The notes: generated by a model not told the origin, from the sequence alone. A stretch of DNA of 64,000 nt from Myxococcota bacterium (GCA_041611735.1 JBFIML010000003.1:82765-146764), one strand, 5' to 3'. Counted from the first letter of the stretch, positions 9,115 to 18,797 are shown. Made by a program: numbers and translations.

Positions 9115-9795
9115 TCACGGCGCTCCGGTCTGCGGCGCCTGCTCCAGGCGCAGCGTGCGCAGGTCCCGCAGCAGGAGATCCTCCGAGAGGAAGCCCGCAC
9201 TGTAGATGTTGCGCACCTGGCCCCGCGCATCCACCAGGAAGACCTTGAGCACGTGACGCAGCAGACCCGTGGCGTGGCCCCGGGCATCCACCAGGGCGAG
9301 CACGTCCTGGCCGTAGTCTTCCAGGACGGGCTCCAGCTCGGCGCCGCTGCGGGCGGTGAGGAAGCGCCAGTCGGCCTGGGGTGCGAGGGCCCGGCGCAGG
9401 ACGCCCATGCGCTCCGGCGTATCGTGGGCCGGGTCGAAGCTCACGGTCACCAGCCGCACGTGCGGGGCGAGCTGCGGGTCGGCGGCCAGGCGACGGTCCA
9501 CGGCCTGGAGGACGGCCAGGGCGCTCGGGCAGACGTCGGGGCAGTGGGTATACACGAAGGACACCAGGGCCAGCGCGCCGGGGTCGCGGGCGAGGAGCGC
9601 TGCGGGGTGGCCGTCGGGATCCAGCAGCCGATGCTCCGTCACCGTCCCGATGGGCGGGAGCTCGTAGCTCCCGGGCTCGGGGAGCGAGACGGGCGCCGAG
9701 GCCGGCCGCGGCGCGGGCGGCGCCGCCGGCCCGTGGGCGGATGCCGCCGCCGCGAGGGCGAGCCCCGCCACGAGTGCCACCGCGGCGCGTCTCAC
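9115..9795 (-). CDS. SCO1/SenC family copper chaperone
   Basis: Signal peptide; FVYTHCPDVCP (CxxxC), VSFDPAHDTP, conserved His in RHVLKVFLVD; GTG overlaps the mtoX stop. Confidence 0.9.
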   Translation of the reverse strand: MRRAAVALVAGLALAAAASAHGPAAPPAPRPASAPVSLPEPGSYELPPIGTVTEHRLLDPDGHPAALLARDPGALALVSFVYTHCPDVCPSALAVLQAVDRRLAADPQLAPHVRLVTVSFDPAHDTPERMGVLRRALAPQADWRFLTARSGAELEPVLEDYGQDVLALVDARGHATGLLRHVLKVFLVDARGQVRNIYSAGFLSEDLLLRDLRTLRLEQAPQTGAP

Positions 9796-11105
9796 CGGCC
9801 GCCCCCCAGCCCCGGGACCCCCTGGCTCGCCACCCGCCCGCGATAGAAGCCCTCGGCGCCGAAGCGCATGATGTGCGGGCGCCCGAGCTCCGCGGCCCGG
9901 AAGTCCACGGCGAAGCTGGGCTCCAGGCGCTGCCCGTCCCAGCGGAACGCCTTCAGGAACTGCTCGTCGTCCTCGCCCGGCTTGTCCCAGCTGGCCAGCA
10001 GGGAGGAGGTGAAGTAGACCCGCTTGCCATCCCAGGACTGGGAGACCATGTTCACCTGCTTGCCGATCTTGCGCTCGTGGACCTGCTTCGGCTGACGCGG
10101 GTTCGAGACGTCGAAGACGCGCACCATCCCGTCCATGAAGCTGTCCACGAACAGGAAGCGATCGTCGGCGGAGAGGCTGATGTCCACCGGGAGCGGCGTC
10201 TTGGCCGGGTCTCCCACGTCGGCCACCGCCACGGCCTCGAAGGTCCCGTCCGGCTTCAGGAAGACGCCCCAGATCTTGGAGGTGAGGGCCGTCGAGGTGA
10301 AGGCGTAGTCGTGACGCGGCTGGAGCGCCCAGCGGATCTCGAGGGGCGCACCCGGCACCTCCAGCACCTGGAGCGGCTTCCGCGCATGGTAGTCCCACAC
10401 CACCATGGTGTTGCCGAACTCCTTCATGGCCTCCGGATCCTGGATCAGCTGGCGCAGGTCCCGCATGTAGTTCTTCTTGCCGGTGAAGGAGGAGGTGAGC
10501 ATGCGGTTCAGGTTCGCGTTCACCCGCACGTCGTAGCCGTACTCGGCGCCCTCGGGCATCCAGATGGTGCGCACCGGCTCGCCGGCATTGCTGTACTCGA
10601 CGAGGGCGGTGCGCCCGCCGAGGTCGCGGTCGTTGGAAAGGCCGCTGATCAGCATGCGGCCCGGCAGGGCGTAGAAGGTGTGGGGCCCCACGACACCACC
10701 GGAGCGCTCGACGAAGTCCTCGATGCGTCTGGCCAGGCGCGGGCGGGCGGGGTCCGAGGCCACGTCGAAGACGAAGATCGCGCTGGTGTCGAGGCCGCCC
10801 ATCCAGAGGTGGCGCCGGTCGTCGCTGAAGCCGCCGTGGTGGGCCTCGTGGCGGCCTCCCACGGAGACCGAGGACACCACCTGGCCGTAGTCCGGGCGCG
10901 CCGGATTCGCACCCACCGTCACCAGCTTGTCGGAGCCGTCGCCGAGCCCCGGCACGCCGAGGGTCCAGACGTAGACGTAGTCCTCCTGGCCCACGAGCTT
11001 GGGCAGGTAGGGGGACTGGCAGGTTTCGTCGGCCAGGGACGCGCCGGGCAGCGTCCATGCGACCACGAAACCCAGGGCAGGCAGCAGGGCTCGCAGGCCT
11101 CGCAT
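9792..11105 (-). CDS. mtoX: Methanethiol oxidase (selenium-binding protein SBP56 family), secreted
   Basis: Signal peptide then DETCQSPY...GQEDYVYVWTLG, GGRHEAHH, VGPHTFYALPGRM, GAPLEIRW, SSLLASWD; coupled to a SCO gene as in described mtoX clusters. Confidence 0.82.
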   Translation of the reverse strand: MRGLRALLPALGFVVAWTLPGASLADETCQSPYLPKLVGQEDYVYVWTLGVPGLGDGSDKLVTVGANPARPDYGQVVSSVSVGGRHEAHHGGFSDDRRHLWMGGLDTSAIFVFDVASDPARPRLARRIEDFVERSGGVVGPHTFYALPGRMLISGLSNDRDLGGRTALVEYSNAGEPVRTIWMPEGAEYGYDVRVNANLNRMLTSSFTGKKNYMRDLRQLIQDPEAMKEFGNTMVVWDYHARKPLQVLEVPGAPLEIRWALQPRHDYAFTSTALTSKIWGVFLKPDGTFEAVAVADVGDPAKTPLPVDISLSADDRFLFVDSFMDGMVRVFDVSNPRQPKQVHERKIGKQVNMVSQSWDGKRVYFTSSLLASWDKPGEDDEQFLKAFRWDGQRLEPSFAVDFRAAELGRPHIMRFGAEGFYRGRVASQGVPGLGGGR

Positions 11106-11253
11106 GGGGGGATCCTCCGTGCGCCGATCCTATCACCGTTGCGCCGCCCTCAGGCCACGAGATCCGCGACCCGGCTTGGACGGGGCCCGCCCACCACCTC
11201 GTCCGGATCGGCGGGGGTGGGCACCGCCCGGATCGGGGGATCGAGCCCGCGCT

Positions 11254-11772
11254 TCATAACTTCGAGCCCAGGCTCCAGCCGCTCGCGTGGGGCGCCAGGA
11301 AGATCACGCGAAGCGTCAGACGGCTGTGAAGCCAGCGGCCCTCCACGCGTCGATACTCGTCCTCCTCCACGCCCGCCAGCCAGTGGGGGACGCCGTCGCG
11401 GGTGGTGCAGGGGGCCAGCACGTCCCAGCGGGCGCGCGCCCGGTCGTCCTCCACCTCGATGCGGGGCTTCACGAAGTAGTGCCACGAGAAGCGCAGCGTG
11501 GGCCGGGCGAAGCGGGCCTCGATGGCCGCCCGACCGCGGCAGCTGCCCAGGGCCGGGCCTCCGTCCCAGACCGCGTCCACGGTGAAGAGCGCTGCGATCT
11601 CCCGCGCGATGTGCGCCAGCTCGTCGTCGGCGCGCGGAGCGCCGTCGGCGTAGCGGCTGTCGGCCAGCTCGCCATAGCGGGCCTTGAGCCGTTCGATGGA
11701 CTGGACGTCCTCCGCGCGTCGCAGGCGACGCTCCAGGGCGCGGACCGTTGCCTCGAGCTCCTGGATGTCCAT
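11254..11772 (-). CDS. SnoaL/NTF2-like domain protein
   Basis: EDVQSIERLKARY...LFTVDAVWDG...GRAAI...HYFVKPRIEV...DEYRRVEGRW. Confidence 0.8.
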   Translation of the reverse strand: MDIQELEATVRALERRLRRAEDVQSIERLKARYGELADSRYADGAPRADDELAHIAREIAALFTVDAVWDGGPALGSCRGRAAIEARFARPTLRFSWHYFVKPRIEVEDDRARARWDVLAPCTTRDGVPHWLAGVEEDEYRRVEGRWLHSRLTLRVIFLAPHASGWSLGSKL

Positions 11773-11823
11773 GCGCGGCTCTCCCTGCCGGGGCGGTTTC
11801 GGGACCGTGGTACGATACCAGCG

Positions 11824-13062
11824 ATGCGACGGCGCCTCCCCGTGCGGCTCTACAACCAGGTGCAGCGGGGAATCGCCCGTTTGGGCCGTCGGCCGCCCCC
11901 CCTGGCCGCCAGCGAGGAGCGGCTCCGGGAGAAGGCGCGTCGCGCCACCGGCTGCGACGACCCCGGCGACCCTCGCTTCCTGGACGGGCTGCGCGTGCTG
12001 CTCCACGCCTACGACGAGGAGGCGCGCCTCAACCCCTTCGGGCGCTTCATGGTGGAGCAGCAGCTGCTGGCCGTGCTGAAGAGCCATCTCGCGGTGCGGG
12101 GCCAGCTGGCCCGCGATCCCTCGTTGCGTTCCGCCGCGGTGCGGCGCCCGCTCTTCGTGCTCGGCCTGCCGCGCACCGGCACCACGGCCCTCCACCACCT
12201 GCTCGCCCAGGATCCGGCCCAGCAGGTGCTCGAGTACTGGCTGGCGGCGGCGCCGGGGCCCCGGCCGGCCCGGGACCGCTGGGCCCGCGACCCGCGCTTC
12301 CGGGAGGCCCAGCGGGGGCTGCGCTTCACCTACTGGCTGGACCCGGACCTGAAGGCGATGCACTGGATGACCGCCGACGGCCCCGAGGAGTGCCGCCAGC
12401 TCTTCATGCAGTGCTTCACCGACGACACCTTCGACTCGAACGCCACCATCCCGAGCTACACCAAGTGGTACGCCCAGCAGGACATGCGCCCGACCTATGC
12501 CTGGCACCGCGACGTGCTGGCGCTCGTGCAGTCCAGCGCACCGGAGCGGCGCTGGGTGCTCAAGTATCCGGCCCATCTGGCCCACCTGCAGGTACTGCTG
12601 GAGACCTACCCGGACGCCTGCATCCTCCAGACCCATCGGGATCCGGCCCGCGTGCTGCCCTCCCTCTGCAGCCTGGTCAGCGGCTGGCGCAGCCTCTACG
12701 AGGACGGCGTGGAGGAGCGCGCGGTGGCGCGCTGGCAGGTGGATCTGTGGGCGGAACGCATGCAGCACGCCCTGCGCGTGCGGGAGGGGGCGGATCCCCG
12801 CCGCTTCTTCGATCTTCACTTCGGCGAGCTGGTGGCGGACCCGGTGGACGCGGTGCGGCGCGCCTACGCACACTTTGGCTTCCCTTGGAGCGACGAGGTC
12901 GAGCGGCGCATGGGCGCCTGGCAGGCCGCAAACCCCCAGGGCCGTCACGGGGAGCACCGCTACTCGGCGGCACGCTTCGGCCTCTCCGAGGAAGAGATCG
13001 CCGAGCGCTTCGCACCCTACCTGCAGCGCTTCGGGGTGACCCGGGAGGCCGCGGCAGCCTAA
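11824..13062 (+). CDS. Sulfotransferase family protein
   Basis: PAPS-binding loop LGLPRTGTTALH, GPEEC, WVLKYPAH, THRDP. Confidence 0.9.
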   Translation: MRRRLPVRLYNQVQRGIARLGRRPPPLAASEERLREKARRATGCDDPGDPRFLDGLRVLLHAYDEEARLNPFGRFMVEQQLLAVLKSHLAVRGQLARDPSLRSAAVRRPLFVLGLPRTGTTALHHLLAQDPAQQVLEYWLAAAPGPRPARDRWARDPRFREAQRGLRFTYWLDPDLKAMHWMTADGPEECRQLFMQCFTDDTFDSNATIPSYTKWYAQQDMRPTYAWHRDVLALVQSSAPERRWVLKYPAHLAHLQVLLETYPDACILQTHRDPARVLPSLCSLVSGWRSLYEDGVEERAVARWQVDLWAERMQHALRVREGADPRRFFDLHFGELVADPVDAVRRAYAHFGFPWSDEVERRMGAWQAANPQGRHGEHRYSAARFGLSEEEIAERFAPYLQRFGVTREAAAA

Positions 13063-14174
13063 CCCGGCTCGAGACCGGCGCGCAGCCCCGCGAGCTTCAC
13101 CACCCGGGTGCGGGGCTCCGGATGCTCCCGCGCTCCCACCCAGCGCAGGCACATGGTGCCGCGGCGGTGGCCCGCGGTCTCGAGCCAGTTCTCCACGCCG
13201 GGGTCCTCGTGAGCCACGACGATCCGCACCGAGCCGTCCGAACGCCGGCGGGCGGCGTGGTGATTCAGGGCGATGCGGTGGAAGCGGTAGTCCAGCGACT
13301 CCATCCAGTGGTTGTTGAGCTGGAAGTTCCAGTACTCACAAGCCGGCGGCGTCACCTCCACCAGCAAGGCCTCGTCCGGCTCGAGCTCCCAGTAGCCGTG
13401 GTAGTAGACGATGTTCGGATCGCCGTGGGCGGCCGCCGCCTGCTTCGGATCGAAGCGTGGCAGCTGGTTCTTGCGGCGGGCAAAGCCCTCGGCCCAGTCG
13501 GCGAAGAGCGCGGCGGTCCCCGCCACGTAGGAGGCCGCGGCGGCGAGCCCCTGATCCAGGAGCTCGGCCGTCCAGGGAGCCGGGGCGCCGCGCGCTCCGA
13601 TGCGCTCGATGCGAAGCTCGGCGATGCGCTCGCGGCTGCGATCCTGGAAGGTCTGCCGTACGATCAGGGAGGACGTGTCGGGCGCCATGGGCAGCCAGTT
13701 GCCGGGGCGCTTCTCGCTGGAGAGCACCAGCTCGAGACTGCCGTCCGCACCGATCTGCATCGAACCGGCGTCCAGGTAGCCGGTCTGCGCCATGCGCCCG
13801 CCGCCCCCGTAGCGGCCCGCATAGGTGCCGAAGCCCAGGTAGTGCACCGTGCCTCGCGTCCCCGACAGGCGATACGCGTGGGTGCCGCTCACCGCGGCGC
13901 TCTGGTAGTGGTTGTCCGGATTGTCGGCGCCGATCTTCACCGTCTCGTGGGCGGGCCGCCGCAGCACCGGGAACAGGGGGTCGGCGAACTCGAGGTACGA
14001 CTCGAGCGCCACCCGGGTGAGCCGGCTCAGGTAGCGGAAGCCCTCGGCCCGGTCCAAGGGATCCCGGGGCGAGCCCTCGCGCAGGATCACGTCGCCCGCG
14101 CGCTCGAGGGCCCGGCAGAACTCCGACCAGCAGGTGCCGTCCAGGACGCGACGCCGCGCGCGCTCCGGGTCCAT
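13059..14174 (-). CDS. DUF1214-domain protein
   Basis: RAEGFRYLSRL, GADNPDNHY, YRLSGTRG, IVRQTFQD, YWNFQL..WMESLDY, DPGVENWL. Confidence 0.78.
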   Translation of the reverse strand: MDPERARRRVLDGTCWSEFCRALERAGDVILREGSPRDPLDRAEGFRYLSRLTRVALESYLEFADPLFPVLRRPAHETVKIGADNPDNHYQSAAVSGTHAYRLSGTRGTVHYLGFGTYAGRYGGGGRMAQTGYLDAGSMQIGADGSLELVLSSEKRPGNWLPMAPDTSSLIVRQTFQDRSRERIAELRIERIGARGAPAPWTAELLDQGLAAAASYVAGTAALFADWAEGFARRKNQLPRFDPKQAAAAHGDPNIVYYHGYWELEPDEALLVEVTPPACEYWNFQLNNHWMESLDYRFHRIALNHHAARRRSDGSVRIVVAHEDPGVENWLETAGHRRGTMCLRWVGAREHPEPRTRVVKLAGLRAGLEPG

Positions 14175-14179
14175 CCGGC

Positions 14180-15316
14180 TCAGGCCGCCGGCGCGTCCAG
14201 CACCGCCCGGGCCACCTGCTCCTCCAGGTAGCGCGTGTCGCCCCAGGAGAGCTCGAGCTGCTTGGCGCGCCGGAAGTAGAGCTGGATGTCGTACTCGGTG
14301 GTGAAGCCTACGCCGCCCCAGACCTGCTGGGCCATGGCCGTGACGTCCCGGAAGGTGCGGCAGGCGAACAGCTTCGCCATGGGGGCCAGGCGCTCGATGG
14401 ACCGGCCCGTGGCTCGCGCCGAGGCCGCCTGGTGGACGAGGGTCGTGGCGCCGTCCACGGCGGTCTGGGCGTCGGCCAGGTAGTGGGAGATGGCCTGGAA
14501 GGCGCCGAGCGGCTTGCCGAACTGGTGGCGCTGCTTGGCGTACTCCACGGTGATCTCGAGGGAGCGCGCCGCGCCGCCCACGGCCTGGGCCGCCAGCAGC
14601 ACGATGCCGTCCAGCCAGACCTGCCGCCAGGCGGCCCAGCCCGAGCGCTCGGGGCCGATGCGATCCGCGCCGGGCACCGGCACGTCCTCGAAGACGACTT
14701 CGTACTGGGCGTCGGCGGCCAGGCTCCGCTGCTGGGTGAGGGTGATGCCGGGCGAACTGGGATCCACCAGGAAGAGGTCCACGTCCTCGGGTCGCGGGCC
14801 GCTGCGGGCCAGCACCAGCAGGCGGCTGGCGGTGCTGGCGAAGGGCACGTGGCGCTTCTTGCCGCTGAGCCGCACCCCGTCATCCGCCGGGCGCGCCGCG
14901 AGCCGTACGCCGCGAGGCCCCGGGCTGCCCTTCGGCTCGAGCCAGGCGGGGGCGAGCCGGGCATCGCCCGCCGCGATCGGCGCGAGCCACCGGCGCTGCT
15001 GCTCGCCGGAGCCCGCTGCCAGCAGCACACCGGCCCCCATCACGGCGCTCCCGAAGTGCGGCGAGGGGGCCAGGGAGCGGCCGAACTCCTCGTAGAGGAT
15101 CGCAGCCTCGAGCAGGGACTGTCCGGCGCCCCCCTGGTCTTCCGGGATCAGCACGCCGAGCAGCCCGAGCTGCGCCAGCTGCTTCCAGAACTCCGGAGCG
15201 TAGCCCGTCGGGTCGTCCTCCAGCGCCCGCACGCGTTGCAGCGGGCAGTGCTCCTCGCAGACCCGACGCACCATCTCGCGCAGCAGCTGTTGCTCTTCGC
15301 TGAACTCGAGATCCAT
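14180..15316 (-). CDS. Acyl-CoA dehydrogenase family protein (probable partner subunit of a heteromeric ACAD)
   Basis: MDLEFSEEQQLL, YAKQRHQFGKPLGAFQAISH, QVWGGVGFTTEYDIQLYFRRA. Confidence 0.9.
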   Translation of the reverse strand: MDLEFSEEQQLLREMVRRVCEEHCPLQRVRALEDDPTGYAPEFWKQLAQLGLLGVLIPEDQGGAGQSLLEAAILYEEFGRSLAPSPHFGSAVMGAGVLLAAGSGEQQRRWLAPIAAGDARLAPAWLEPKGSPGPRGVRLAARPADDGVRLSGKKRHVPFASTASRLLVLARSGPRPEDVDLFLVDPSSPGITLTQQRSLAADAQYEVVFEDVPVPGADRIGPERSGWAAWRQVWLDGIVLLAAQAVGGAARSLEITVEYAKQRHQFGKPLGAFQAISHYLADAQTAVDGATTLVHQAASARATGRSIERLAPMAKLFACRTFRDVTAMAQQVWGGVGFTTEYDIQLYFRRAKQLELSWGDTRYLEEQVARAVLDAPAA

Positions 15317-15329
15317 GGGGAGCTCCTCT

Positions 15330-15812
15330 TCACGGCGTCCAGCCCTCGCCGCGGCGCTTCCAGGGATTGTCGCCCTGGCGGGTCGGGAGTGCGATGCGGG
15401 CCCGGCATTCGGTGGCCGTCTGGTCTCCCGCCGCCAGCGTCACCGCCACCTCCACCCAGCCGCACCCCGCGGCGTCCGTCTCCACCTGCTCCACCACGCC
15501 GCGCAGGCGCATGCGATCCCCCGGGAAGACGGAGGCCTTCATGCGGAACTTCATGCGCCCCACGCGGCCCGTGGGGCCACTCCAGTCGGTGAGGTAGCGC
15601 TCGAACCAGGCGGCCTGGTTCGGCGTGTTCATGAACACGTCGCGGACGCCGTTGCGCTGGATGGCGAAGTCCCGGTCGTGGTGCATGGGACGCCAGTCGC
15701 GGCTGGCCAGGGCGCCGAGGATCACGGTCGTAGCCGTCACTTCCACCACGAGCGGCGGGAGCTCGTCGCCGACCTTCACGCGGTCCAGGTGCAGGGACGG
15801 GAAGCCGCTCAC
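15330..15812 (-). CDS. MaoC-like (R)-hydratase, ChsH1-like
   Basis: VGDELPPL, hydratase motif SRDWRPMHHDRDFA, DVFMN, VFPGD; GTG overlaps the upstream stop. Confidence 0.8.
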   Translation of the reverse strand: MSGFPSLHLDRVKVGDELPPLVVEVTATTVILGALASRDWRPMHHDRDFAIQRNGVRDVFMNTPNQAAWFERYLTDWSGPTGRVGRMKFRMKASVFPGDRMRLRGVVEQVETDAAGCGWVEVAVTLAAGDQTATECRARIALPTRQGDNPWKRRGEGWTP

Positions 15813-16318
15813 GGGTCCCTCCGGTAGCCGAAGCCCGTGTAGCTCTCGCGGCCCACGAACTCGCCGTCCTGGTTCACGTACTCCACGTCGATCACCCAGA
15901 AGCGTCCGCTGCCGAGCCGCGTCCGCTTGGCGTCGCTCACGGAGCGCAGCACCTGCCAGGTGCGCAGGCGATCGCCGGGCCGCACGGGCTCGCCGAAGAC
16001 CATCTCGTTGTCGGAGATCACCGCCTCGGGCAGCGCGAGCTTCTCCTTCAGGTCGAAGTGCACCTGGAGCGGCTGGCGCGGAGCCCGACGGCCGGGCGCC
16101 CAGTGGTGGGGCCGGAACCAGACCGAGAGCATGCTGGGCGGGGCGATCCAGCCGTCGGTGAGATCGCGCGCCACCTCCTCGTCCCAATAGAGCGGGTTGC
16201 CGTTCTCGACGGAGGCGCAGCTCGTGAGCACGTAGCCGCGCTCCACCTGGAACTCGCCCTCCTCCTCGTAGCGGCGCTGGCCGATCCAGCCCCGCACCAC
16301 CGCGGGAAGCTCGCTCAC
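15809..16318 (-). CDS. MaoC/FAS1-like dehydratase-domain protein (like the N-terminal half of ChsH2)
   Basis: VENGNPLYWDE, IAPPSML, EPVRPGDRL, SDAKRTRLGSGRF, YVNQDGE. Confidence 0.78.
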   Translation of the reverse strand: MSELPAVVRGWIGQRRYEEEGEFQVERGYVLTSCASVENGNPLYWDEEVARDLTDGWIAPPSMLSVWFRPHHWAPGRRAPRQPLQVHFDLKEKLALPEAVISDNEMVFGEPVRPGDRLRTWQVLRSVSDAKRTRLGSGRFWVIDVEYVNQDGEFVGRESYTGFGYRRDP

Positions 16319-17475
16319 GCCACCACGCCCTGGGCCAGCAGCTTCTCGAGCTCCGGCGTCCCCATGCCCGCTGCCCGCAACAGGGCCTCGGTGTCGGTGC
16401 GCTCGGGGTCCGGCAGCGGCATGGCCCTGCGCTCCGCGCCCGCCAGCACGGGGGCGAGCTGGCGCACGCGACCGTGACGGGGATGCTCCGCCTCGACGAA
16501 GGCCCCGCGGCCCGCCAGCTGCGGGTGCTCCACCAGCTCGGGAACGGTCAGGACCGGGGCCACGCAGGTGTCCGCCGCCGCGAGCCGCGCCACCCATGCG
16601 TCCCGGTCGTCCCGCGCAAAGGCCCGGCGCAGGTCGGCCCGGATCGCGTCCTGGCGGGCCTCGTCCAGCTGGTGCGGGATCCAGCCCTCGAGATCGAGCG
16701 CCCGGCACAGGTTGGCCCAGAAGACCGGCTCCAGGGCCGCCACCGCCAGCCAGCGCCCGTCACGGGCCGGGTAGAGCTCGTAGCAGGCGTAGCCCCCGGT
16801 GAGCAGCGAGCAGCCGGGCCCCGGGACCTGGCCGGTGGCCAGGTACTCGTCCACCGCCAGCGCCATCAGGTGCAGCACGCCCTCCGCCACCGCCACGTCC
16901 AGGTGTCGCCCGCGACCGCTCTCGCGCCGCCGAAGCAGCGCAGCCAGGATCGCGATGGCCGCGTGCATGCCGCCGGCGGCCGCGTCCGCCACGGTGGCCC
17001 CCGGGAGCGCCGGACCCCCGTCGGCCCGGCGGCCGGAGCAGGCCAGGAAGCCCCCCAGGGCCAGGTAGTCGAGATCGTGGCCGGCCCAGGCGGCGGCGGG
17101 ACCGTCCTGGCCGTAGCCGCTGGTCGAGCAGTAGACGATCGCCGGGTTCACGCGGCGCACGTCCTCGTAGCCGACGCCGAGACGCCGGGCCACACCGGGG
17201 CGGAAGCTTTCGACCACCACGTCGGCCTTGGCGGCGAGCCGCAGGAAGGCCGCACGGCCCTCGGGAGCCTTCAGGTCGATGCAGACCCGCTTCGCGCCGC
17301 GACCGGCGCCGTAGGCCCACCAGGGCGGCTCCGTCCCGACGCCGCGCCGGGGGGGCGCTGCCACCTTCACCAGCGTGGCGCCGTAGTCCGCCAGGATGCG
17401 TGTGCAGCGGGCAGCGGGACCCACGCTGGAGAAGTCGAGCACGCTGACGTCCTGGAGGAGACCCGCGGAAGCCAT
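16315..17475 (-). CDS. Class III CoA-transferase (alpha-methylacyl-CoA racemase-like)
   Basis: VLDFSSVGPA, DLKAPEG, ESFRPGV, SGYGQDGP, AGHDLDY (the GHD motif typical of racemases). Confidence 0.85.
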   Translation of the reverse strand: MASAGLLQDVSVLDFSSVGPAARCTRILADYGATLVKVAAPPRRGVGTEPPWWAYGAGRGAKRVCIDLKAPEGRAAFLRLAAKADVVVESFRPGVARRLGVGYEDVRRVNPAIVYCSTSGYGQDGPAAAWAGHDLDYLALGGFLACSGRRADGGPALPGATVADAAAGGMHAAIAILAALLRRRESGRGRHLDVAVAEGVLHLMALAVDEYLATGQVPGPGCSLLTGGYACYELYPARDGRWLAVAALEPVFWANLCRALDLEGWIPHQLDEARQDAIRADLRRAFARDDRDAWVARLAAADTCVAPVLTVPELVEHPQLAGRGAFVEAEHPRHGRVRQLAPVLAGAERRAMPLPDPERTDTEALLRAAGMGTPELEKLLAQGVVA

Positions 17476-17477
17476 GC

Positions 17478-18662
17478 CTAGAAGTTCTTGGGAAGGCCCA
17501 GCTTGCGGCGCGCGATGATGTTCTTCTGGATCTCGGAGGCGCCGCCGCCGATGGTGTCGATGACCGAGTATCGGTAGCTCATCTCGGGCCGCCCGCGCAG
17601 CGGCGCCCCCGGCGTGCGCAGCCGCAGCTGGCCGCCGGGCCCCACCACGTCGAGAGTCGCGTCGGCCAGCCGCTGGGAGAGCTGCGTGGCGTAGAGCTTG
17701 TACTCGGAGGCCTCCACGGTGGGCGGCTTTCCGCCCTGCATGGAACGGGCCACGAAGCGCAGGCCCAGGCCGCGGGCCACCTCCATCCAGGTGGCCAGCC
17801 ACGCCAGGGTCCGGCGCACGATCGGGTCGTCGCGCAGCGGCTCCCCGTCGCGCGTCTCCGCCTCGACGTACTCGATCAGCTCCTCGAAGCGCTGCTGGAT
17901 GGGCGAGAAGGTGAACATCGTGAAGCGCTCGAGGTCGAGGGCCTCGGAGACGTACTGGAAGCCGCGATTCAACTCTCCCACCACGTAGTCGTCGGAAACG
18001 AAGACGTCGTCGAAGTAGACCGCGTTGGTCCGCTCGTCCCCGATGGTGGGCATGGCCTGGATCGTGAGGCCCGGGTGGTCCATGGGGATCAGGAAGAGCG
18101 TGATGCCCTGGTGCTTCGACGCGGGGTCCGTGCGCGCCCCGACCCAGTACCAGTCGGCGAAGTGGGCGGAGGTGGTCCAGATCTTCTGACCGTTCAGCAC
18201 CCAGCCGCATCGCGCGTCGTCGCGGGTGGCGCGGAGCTGCATGTTGGCGGCGTCCGAGCCGGCCTGGGGCTCGCTGTAGCCGATGGCGAACTCGATCTCG
18301 GCGCGCACGATGCGGGGCAGGAACTCGCGCTTCAGCCGCTCGCTCCCGTGGCGGATCAGGGTCTTGCCGACGATGCCGGCGCCCTTGCCGATCTGCGGGC
18401 AGCCGCGCCGGGCCAGGGCCTCGTTCAGGAGGTACTCGTAGACGCCTTCCTTCTCCTGGCCGCCGTACTCCCGGGGCCAGCTCATGCCGATCCAGCCCCG
18501 GGCGGCCAGCTGCTTCATGAAGGCGCGCCGGGCGGGCGTGTCCACGATCTGCGCCATGTTCTCGCGCGTCACGTCCGCCACGTCCTGGGTGGCGTGCTCG
18601 TCGAGGAACTTCTCCACCTCCTCGGCGAAGGCGCGCTCCTCGTCGGAGAACTCGAAGTCCAC
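17478..18662 (-). CDS. Acyl-CoA dehydrogenase
   Basis: WPREYGG, IGYSEPQAGSD, NGQKIWTTSAH, TIGGGASEIQKNII; GTG start with GGAGGAG RBS. Confidence 0.92.
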   Translation of the reverse strand: MDFEFSDEERAFAEEVEKFLDEHATQDVADVTRENMAQIVDTPARRAFMKQLAARGWIGMSWPREYGGQEKEGVYEYLLNEALARRGCPQIGKGAGIVGKTLIRHGSERLKREFLPRIVRAEIEFAIGYSEPQAGSDAANMQLRATRDDARCGWVLNGQKIWTTSAHFADWYWVGARTDPASKHQGITLFLIPMDHPGLTIQAMPTIGDERTNAVYFDDVFVSDDYVVGELNRGFQYVSEALDLERFTMFTFSPIQQRFEELIEYVEAETRDGEPLRDDPIVRRTLAWLATWMEVARGLGLRFVARSMQGGKPPTVEASEYKLYATQLSQRLADATLDVVGPGGQLRLRTPGAPLRGRPEMSYRYSVIDTIGGGASEIQKNIIARRKLGLPKNF

Positions 18663-18688
18663 GGCAAGCTCCTCCCGGGTCGGCCTAT

Positions 18689-18711
18689 TTACGGAACGTA
18701 GCGTATTGTAA
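18689..18711. promoter_or_regulatory. Candidate operator palindrome copy 1 (TTA-CGGAACG-TAG-CGTATTG-TAA), overlapping a minus-strand -10 box TACAAT
   Basis: Degenerate match to the palindromes at 44730 and 49096; lies between divergent operons. Confidence 0.55.
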
Positions 18712-18797
18712 TCCGAGAGGGTCTTTCCCCGCGGGGGATCCAGCCTGGGGAGGGTCGGGCTGCGATACGCTCGGGCCCCAACGGCGGGAGGCGGTGG

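Noticed and set aside
9115-11136. Apparent long fusion ORFs in the track (673 aa here; also 7018-9105, 16315-18210, 28981-31725, 43483-45672)
   Set aside because: The upstream parts are off-frame read-through of neighbouring genes. Real starts lie at internal ATG/GTG codons with an RBS or stop-start overlap.
18689-18711. Palindrome as a KstR/KstR2 box
   Set aside because: Does not fit the TnnAACnnGTTnnA pattern; treated as a separate motif
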